A stretch of DNA of 64,000 nt from Patescibacteria group bacterium (GTDB taxonomy: Bacteria > Patescibacteriota > Dojkabacteria > GCA-002793355). The notes under the pieces were generated by a model. That model worked only from the letters and a program-made list of their open reading frames with translations, made no database searches and was not told where the DNA came from. A program made the translations under genes and the position numbers. Position 1 is the first letter of the stretch. Each line of letters begins with the position of its first letter. This document shows positions 58,227 through 64,000 of this stretch, one piece after another. The stretch lies in NCBI GenBank assembly GCA_016860985.1, contig BOKM01000001.1, positions 719,462 to 783,461 of the forward strand, read 5' to 3'.

Positions 58227-58353
58227 AATTTTTCCCAAAAACAAATAATCTCAGTACAAGAAATCATGCACTATTATACTATGCCTTATTGTCGCTACTC
58301 AAGAAGCATTTAATATCATGCTATAATTACGTTCAAAGTTAGGCAACAACTAC

Positions 58354-60276
58354 ATGCAAACAAAAGAAATAAATAGCTATGGGTTTCAAAATTTTGATAT
58401 TGATGCACCAAACGTAGCTAGTGAATCAAGACACTATGTAACCGAATTGCTTGACAAGTTTAGAAACTATTTCACAAAACTCGGTTACTTTGACCAGCCA
58501 CCTGCTCCAATAAGTTCGGGGATCGATCCTACCGTGCGTCTTATTGGCTCTGGTATTTCGACATTAAAAAGATTTATACCTCCCTTTGGGAATGATAGCC
58601 TTCCTTATCCAGGTGCATTTATTCTTCAACGTGCCGTCAGGACTCGAAATCGTTCAATACTTATGGACGATGAGAAAGTACCAAACTGGGGGTCATTGTT
58701 CACTAATATTGTTTGGATTACTTCTCCAAAACGGTTAAAAGAAGCAACTGAAGAAACATTTCATTTCTTTCTTGATGAATTAGGGATTAAAAAAGAAAAT
58801 TTGATGATTCGAGTCAAGAGTAGCGACTACCAGAATCTATGGATGTATGCGGAAAAGTTTGTAGAGAATATCGAAATCGATTCAAAACCGGATAAATATT
58901 ACACTCATCAACTCGGCACGGATATTCTTTATGCAAATAGTTATAATCTAGCGTTGAAGGACCCTGACCCAAGTTCAAAAAATTTCCAAGATATCGGCAA
59001 TATTATTTTACACAGAGACAAGAATGGCAAAGAGGTGCTAGTAGAAATCGGTTTTGGGGATAGTACAATTTTGCGAGCAATGCGAGGAGGGCATGTTATT
59101 GACTGGCGCTTTGTTCCGGGTTTGATGACAGTTGATCCGAACATACGTTTGAAGATGGCAGATGAATTAATAACTTCTGTTGAATTAGCACGTGAAGGCC
59201 TAGTACCCTCTTCAAAGGATAATAGGACAAAGCTATTTAAAGCATACTTGCACGCGCTTCTTCGTCACCAAGCGATTACTGGGATTTCAATGGCGAAACT
59301 TGAGGATATCATAAACGAATATGAGCGTCTTGAGTTCCCTAATAGCGTGCTAAATGCAGGAAGTCTTGTTACAGGTTATTTGAACATGTTAATGAAGAAG
59401 GTTCAGATGAAAAAATTGAGTGAACTCTCTCCAGATGAACTAAAATTGAAGGAAATTTTTGATAGATATCCTGTTCTTGGAAATTATCAAATAGAAGTAA
59501 AACAAGCACATATGAAACTTTCGGGTGAAAAAACAACCGAGGCACTAATACCTGTAATTGAGAGATTTAATACGTCAATAATCGTTGAAAAATATAAAGA
59601 TGCTATTGAGAATGTAGGAATATGGGAATCTGAAAGTATCGTTGCAAACGCCTATTTAAACAAAGATGATAGGATTCTAGAGCTTGGATGCGGTACAGGG
59701 AGATTCACGTTTGGTCTATACAAACTTGGGTTCCATCATATTACGGGGATAGATTTAGCAAAGGAGTTGATTATGGTCGCGAAAGATTATGCAAAAAAGC
59801 ATAACCTCCGCGTCGCATTTTCTTACCAAGACGCTCGTAAGCTTCAGTTCCCTAATGAATCATTTGACGGTATCGTTTTTCCCTTTAATGGCCTAATGAC
59901 CATTCCACTTGAAGAAAACAGAAAGCAGGTACTTTCCGAAATAGCGCGAGTGCTTAGACCTTCTGGTTATTTCATATTTACTACTCACGACAGATTAATC
60001 AATAAAAATTATTCAGAATTTTGGAAAAAGCAAAGAAGCAACTTCCGGAGTGGAAAACGGGAACTGGGGCAATACGAATATGGTGATTTACCATTAAAAG
60101 GTGCGGAAGATGACGCTTTTATTCATATCCCTAGTATGAGCGAGGTCCGAAGTTTATTGAAATCGTATGGCTTCAAAATTGTCTATACTCGAATGCGAAG
60201 CAAAATTGCGACCGAATCAGAAAATACTATGAAATTCTCCGCGGACTGCCGTTTTTGGGTTGTACAGAAATTGTAA
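58354..60276 (+). CDS. Fusion of divergent AlaRS catalytic domain and class I SAM methyltransferase
   Basis: N-terminal FRNYF..DPTVRLIGSG..QRAVR..DIGNI..VEIGFG; C-terminal ILELGCGTGR, GIDL, DAR.L.F..ESFD, RVLRPSG. Confidence 0.8.
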   Translation: MQTKEINSYGFQNFDIDAPNVASESRHYVTELLDKFRNYFTKLGYFDQPPAPISSGIDPTVRLIGSGISTLKRFIPPFGNDSLPYPGAFILQRAVRTRNRSILMDDEKVPNWGSLFTNIVWITSPKRLKEATEETFHFFLDELGIKKENLMIRVKSSDYQNLWMYAEKFVENIEIDSKPDKYYTHQLGTDILYANSYNLALKDPDPSSKNFQDIGNIILHRDKNGKEVLVEIGFGDSTILRAMRGGHVIDWRFVPGLMTVDPNIRLKMADELITSVELAREGLVPSSKDNRTKLFKAYLHALLRHQAITGISMAKLEDIINEYERLEFPNSVLNAGSLVTGYLNMLMKKVQMKKLSELSPDELKLKEIFDRYPVLGNYQIEVKQAHMKLSGEKTTEALIPVIERFNTSIIVEKYKDAIENVGIWESESIVANAYLNKDDRILELGCGTGRFTFGLYKLGFHHITGIDLAKELIMVAKDYAKKHNLRVAFSYQDARKLQFPNESFDGIVFPFNGLMTIPLEENRKQVLSEIARVLRPSGYFIFTTHDRLINKNYSEFWKKQRSNFRSGKRELGQYEYGDLPLKGAEDDAFIHIPSMSEVRSLLKSYGFKIVYTRMRSKIATESENTMKFSADCRFWVVQKL

Positions 60277-60339
60277 TCATTCTTCAAGATTCATACTTGC
60301 TAGAAATTTCTGACTAGTATTTATAAATTGTTAGTTATG

Positions 60340-63264
60340 CTAACTCGCCAACCCCGTCACTTCGTCTCCTTCTGCAATTCGGAATACTTTTACTCCATAG
60401 GTTTGTCTGTTTGCAAGTACCGGAATGCTTTGGAAGTTGGTTTTGATTACTTGCCCCTGTTTGGAGATAAGTATTACCTCTTTGTCTTCGGTTCTTTCGG
60501 CATCAGGGAATATTCGGGCTACCCGCAGGTTACCTGTTTTGCCTCCAATCTTTGCAGCAAAGATGCCTGTGCCACCTCTGTGTTGTTGCTTAAACTCAGA
60601 CAATGCGGTGCATTTACCAAAACCTTGTGCAGACACAGTAAGGAGTAAGTCGGTCTCGCTAGAGACAACGTCGAAGGAGATAACTTCGTCATCTTTCTTC
60701 ATGCTAATGCCTTTTACGCCCATTGTGTTTCGGCCACTTTCTTTCACTTCTTTTTCGGCAAAGCGGATAGATTTTCCTTTTTGTGTGACAAGAATAAGCT
60801 CGTCTTTTGCTGTAGTAAGTTGGGCCTGTACCAATCGGTCCCCTTCTTTAAGAATTATGGATACGAGACCGTTCTTTCGGATGTTCTCATATTCATCGAG
60901 TGCGGTTTTCTTTACGATTCCGTTGGCAGTTGCCATTGCAATATATTTGCCATCAGCTCGGCTTTGTAACGAGAGCAATGAGCTGACCACTGTATTTGGA
61001 GTGATTTGCAATAAGTTCACAATTGGAAGACCCTTTGCAATTTTCTTTGCTTCTGGAATCTCATAGCCACGTAGTTTAAAGACTTTACCATCGGACATAA
61101 ATACAAGGAGCCAGTCGTGAGTATTACACAATAACGCATGGTTAACGTAATCATTTTCTTTGAGTTTTGCACCGATGCTTCCTTTTCCGCCTCTGTGCTG
61201 TAAGCGGTATTCTTCTGGAGATACTCGCTTGATATAGCCGGACTTGCTGATGGTTACAAAGGTTTGTTCGTTTGCTACCAAATCTTCTTCTTGTGGTTCG
61301 TCGACGTCACCTTTGTAGACTTTTGTACGTCGCTTATCTGCGTATTTCTCTTTGACTTCGAGTAGGTCGGTTTTTACTAACTCAAGAATTTTAATCTCTT
61401 CTGCGAGGTAAGACTCGTGATGTTTGATATTCTCAAGAAGACCGTTGTATTCATCTTGAATCTTTTGTCGTTCGAGTGCTGCCAACTTTCTAAGTTGCAT
61501 ATCGAGAATCGCTTGTGCCTGAACATCGGTTAGGTCAAAGCGTTCCATAAGCCCAATTTTTGCTTCGTCTGCATTCTTGGCTGCACGAATGAGTTTGATT
61601 ACTTCTTCAATAAAGTCGAGCGCTTTGAGTAAACCTTCTAAAATGTGAGCGTCGTATTTGTTTCTTGCGAGTTCGAATTCCAGTTTACGGATAATAACGG
61701 TCATTCGATGATCAAGATACAATTCCAAGATTCGCTTGAGGTTGAGTGTACGAGGCTGATCATCAACCAACGCAATCATGTTTGAGTTAAAGTTCATTTG
61801 CAGTGGCGTGTATTTGAACAGCTTCTGCATAATGATCTGTGGTGAGAAGCCAGACTTTACTTCGATGTAAATACGAATTTCGTTCTTCGAGGATTCGTCG
61901 CGGAGATCTTTTACGCCTTCAATCTTTCCGTCGTGGATTAGCTGTGCAATTTGCTCCATAAGTACAGCTTTGTTTACTTGGAATGGAATCTCAGTAATAA
62001 TAATTGCTTGTTTTCCACTGTTTGTTTCTTCGACAGTCATGACTCCGCGCATCTTTACCCGACCATTGCCGGTTTCGTACATGCTCAGGATATCTTTCTG
62101 GTTATAAATAACGCCACCGGTTGGGAAGTCAGGACCTTTAACGAATTGCATTAACTCTTGCGTGGTAACCTGCGAAATGAACTTTGGGTACAACGAAAGT
62201 ATCGGTGCTCCGTCAAATCCCTCTGCAAGTTTGGCTAAACTCTCTGTGTTTAACCCTAATTCGGCTGCGTTTTCAACTAATGTTCCTTCTTTGATAAAGA
62301 GTTCGAGCGCTGCGACTTTTTCTTTGAACAATGGGTCATTTGGCGCAATGTAATTGTCCCAGTACGTAAATGGCTCTGAGCTTAACAATTGAGGTACTCG
62401 TGTGTTTTGTTCTCTAAAGCTTCGAAGTAAATTGTATGCAGATTTTCCACCCCAGGTATTCCCTTGGTCGATCATGGAGATAAGCGCATCGATAAGTTCT
62501 CCGAGGTTATGTGGTGGAATTTTTGTCGCCATACCTACGGCAATACCACTCGTTCCGTTTGCAAGTAGGTTTGGAAACGCTGCAGGTAAAGCTACAGGTT
62601 CGTTTCGGGTTCCGTCGTAGTTGACACGGTATAGTACAGTTCCTTTGTCGATATCTTTTATTAATTCAACAGCTATTTTTGAATATTTTGCTTCGGTATA
62701 ACGCATGCTTGCTGCAACATCTCCGTCGATTGAACCGAAGTTCCCTTGGCCATGAACCAACGGATATCGCATGGTAAAAGGCTGTACCATGTTTACGAGA
62801 GTTTGATAGATTGCTTGGTCACCGTGTGGATGATAGTTACCCATTGCTTCACCAACGATTTTTGCGGATTTACGGGTTGCTCCAGTTGGCCAAAGGGTTA
62901 AATCTTTCATTGCAACGGTTACACGTCGCTGCGAGGGTTTAACGCCGTCTTTTACATCTGGAATGGCTCGATCAACAATTACGCTCATGGCGTAGTCGAT
63001 AAAGTCTTTCTTTAATTCGTCGGTGATTGATACAGATACTGTTTCTCCCGCTTTGAAGCCTGCACCGGTCGTGAGCATGTCACTAATGCCTTCGTTTGAT
63101 TCTTCGCCAATTTCAAGGTCACCAGTGGCAGTTTTATAGTCGTCTGACTCGAGCGAGTCTTGAGGTGCACTTTCTAAAGAGGTCGGCTCAGCAGCAGATT
63201 CTTTTATCTGTTCATCAATGAGGTTCTTTACGTCTTCTGGAATTGGTGTTTTGTCTTTTGCCAT
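60340..63264 (-). CDS. gyrA: DNA gyrase subunit A
   Basis: YHPHGD, GNFGSIDGD..ASMRYTE, GIAVGMAT, GyrA-box QHRGGKG. Confidence 0.98.
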   Translation of the reverse strand: MAKDKTPIPEDVKNLIDEQIKESAAEPTSLESAPQDSLESDDYKTATGDLEIGEESNEGISDMLTTGAGFKAGETVSVSITDELKKDFIDYAMSVIVDRAIPDVKDGVKPSQRRVTVAMKDLTLWPTGATRKSAKIVGEAMGNYHPHGDQAIYQTLVNMVQPFTMRYPLVHGQGNFGSIDGDVAASMRYTEAKYSKIAVELIKDIDKGTVLYRVNYDGTRNEPVALPAAFPNLLANGTSGIAVGMATKIPPHNLGELIDALISMIDQGNTWGGKSAYNLLRSFREQNTRVPQLLSSEPFTYWDNYIAPNDPLFKEKVAALELFIKEGTLVENAAELGLNTESLAKLAEGFDGAPILSLYPKFISQVTTQELMQFVKGPDFPTGGVIYNQKDILSMYETGNGRVKMRGVMTVEETNSGKQAIIITEIPFQVNKAVLMEQIAQLIHDGKIEGVKDLRDESSKNEIRIYIEVKSGFSPQIIMQKLFKYTPLQMNFNSNMIALVDDQPRTLNLKRILELYLDHRMTVIIRKLEFELARNKYDAHILEGLLKALDFIEEVIKLIRAAKNADEAKIGLMERFDLTDVQAQAILDMQLRKLAALERQKIQDEYNGLLENIKHHESYLAEEIKILELVKTDLLEVKEKYADKRRTKVYKGDVDEPQEEDLVANEQTFVTISKSGYIKRVSPEEYRLQHRGGKGSIGAKLKENDYVNHALLCNTHDWLLVFMSDGKVFKLRGYEIPEAKKIAKGLPIVNLLQITPNTVVSSLLSLQSRADGKYIAMATANGIVKKTALDEYENIRKNGLVSIILKEGDRLVQAQLTTAKDELILVTQKGKSIRFAEKEVKESGRNTMGVKGISMKKDDEVISFDVVSSETDLLLTVSAQGFGKCTALSEFKQQHRGGTGIFAAKIGGKTGNLRVARIFPDAERTEDKEVILISKQGQVIKTNFQSIPVLANRQTYGVKVFRIAEGDEVTGLAS

Positions 63265-63408
63265 AGTAACAATGTCGATTTGAGTTTTTCTTGCGTTTAA
63301 CGCGAATTTTATTACTCCTTTAGAGGAGAATTCCCTCTAGTGAGAAAGCTGTTATGCTGACCCGTGAGTATCGCTATATTATACGAAAAAATGGGGCGAG
63401 TCAATCAT

Positions 63409-63900
63409 TTAAGCGCAGATTTTTTCTACCCAGAATTGTGTGATGTGACCCAAGGCGAAGGACTGTAAGTCGGCGCTATTTTTTGAAACCCACCGTATGG
63501 TTTCAAAATCATTCTGATTCCAACGTAATGGCTCATTATGCCAATCCACAAGGTACATCTGAGCGAATTCTGATTGAGTGTCATACTGAAAGAAGGCTTT
63601 TCCTATTAGCTGCCAAGTTGTAGGCAGAAATCCGAATTCTTCTTTTACTCCTCGCTGCAATGCAGTTTCGTAAGTTTCTCCCGTAACTACATGTTCGCCT
63701 GCAAACATGAATTTCCCTGCATCGCCTTCTTTGTTGATGGGGCGTTTGGTAAGTAGAACTTGGTCATGTTGCCGGTCGTACAGCGTGAAGTGTGTGCATC
63801 GATGAAACAAAGAGCTATTGCGGTGGCACTCTTCTCTGGTTGCGGTTCCGATAACAATATCATCGCTATCAACGACATCCACAATTTCAGATGCCGGCAT
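63409..63900 (-). CDS. NUDIX hydrolase (YfcD/IDI-like)
   Basis: VDSDD.VIG...R..CH...HR, GETYETALQRGVKEEFG. Confidence 0.88.
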   Translation of the reverse strand: MPASEIVDVVDSDDIVIGTATREECHRNSSLFHRCTHFTLYDRQHDQVLLTKRPINKEGDAGKFMFAGEHVVTGETYETALQRGVKEEFGFLPTTWQLIGKAFFQYDTQSEFAQMYLVDWHNEPLRWNQNDFETIRWVSKNSADLQSFALGHITQFWVEKICA

Positions 63901-63906
63901 ATTTAT

Positions 63907-64000
63907 CTACTTAAACGAAATCATTTCGACTTCGAAAATCAGTGTTGCGTTTGGTGGAATAATTCCGCCTGCTCCTGCTGACCCGTAGCCTAAGGATGCT
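63907..64000 (-). CDS. FKBP-type peptidyl-prolyl isomerase (C-terminal fragment)
   Basis: Manual translation ...LGYGSAGAGGIIPPNATLIFEVEMISFK*. Confidence 0.92.
   Translation of the reverse strand, partial: ASLGYGSAGAGGIIPPNATLIFEVEMISFK

Noticed and set aside
53872-60294. AAGATTCAT direct repeat at 53872-53880 and 60286-60294 flanking the aaRS-paralog cluster
   Set aside because: A 9-bp AT-rich match is plausible by chance; it would need an empty-site genome to count as an att site or target duplication
851-63981. Many short antisense or alternative-frame ORFs in the track (e.g. 1111-1623, 60425-61066)
   Set aside because: They lie within well-supported genes and have no motifs or promoters; typical shadow ORFs
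1-64000. Alternative genetic code (TGA=Gly) as in Gracilibacteria/SR1
   Set aside because: Conserved genes are uninterrupted under code 11, and TGA ends genes cleanly (e.g. 19971-19973 and the ATGA overlaps at 38821 and 55000)
1-64000. CRISPR array, IS element, prophage or rRNA
   Set aside because: No periodic repeats, transposase, phage structural genes or rRNA-like sequence seen

Overview
64 kb of a gene-dense bacterial chromosome using the standard genetic code (TGA acts as a stop). The gene content points to a Patescibacteria/CPR genome; this assignment is inferred, not shown. The window holds a surface-glycosylation cluster (Wzx, GT2, GtrA, two GT-C-like proteins), two ABC exporters, housekeeping genes (rpsF-ssb-rpsR, rplI, rpmE-prfA-prmC, gpmI, thrS, mnmA, dnaB, ruvAB, gyrA), tRNA-Leu(CAA), a umuDC pair split by an MFS gene, and a Xer-type recombinase with a dif-like site upstream. 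I saw no CRISPR array, rRNA, IS element or prophage. Three observations stand out. (1) A 6.3 kb cluster at 53954-60276 combines two degenerate class II aminoacyl-tRNA synthetase paralogs (a stand-alone ThrRS catalytic domain and an AlaRS catalytic domain fused to a SAM methyltransferase) with a PLP class V enzyme lacking the SufS catalytic Cys, an APH-family kinase and an MccF-like S66 peptidase. This is a candidate new aminoacyl-adenylate/aminoacyl-nucleoside synthesis or detoxification system. (2) An unannotated, leaderless 17-codon peptide with 5 Thr codons lies upstream of thrS together with alternative hairpins, consistent with ribosome-mediated Thr attenuation. (3) Leaderless gene architecture is pervasive: more than 25 genes have a -10 hexamer 5-8 nt before the start codon and no Shine-Dalgarno sequence. 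All functional calls come from motif recognition by eye; no searches were run.
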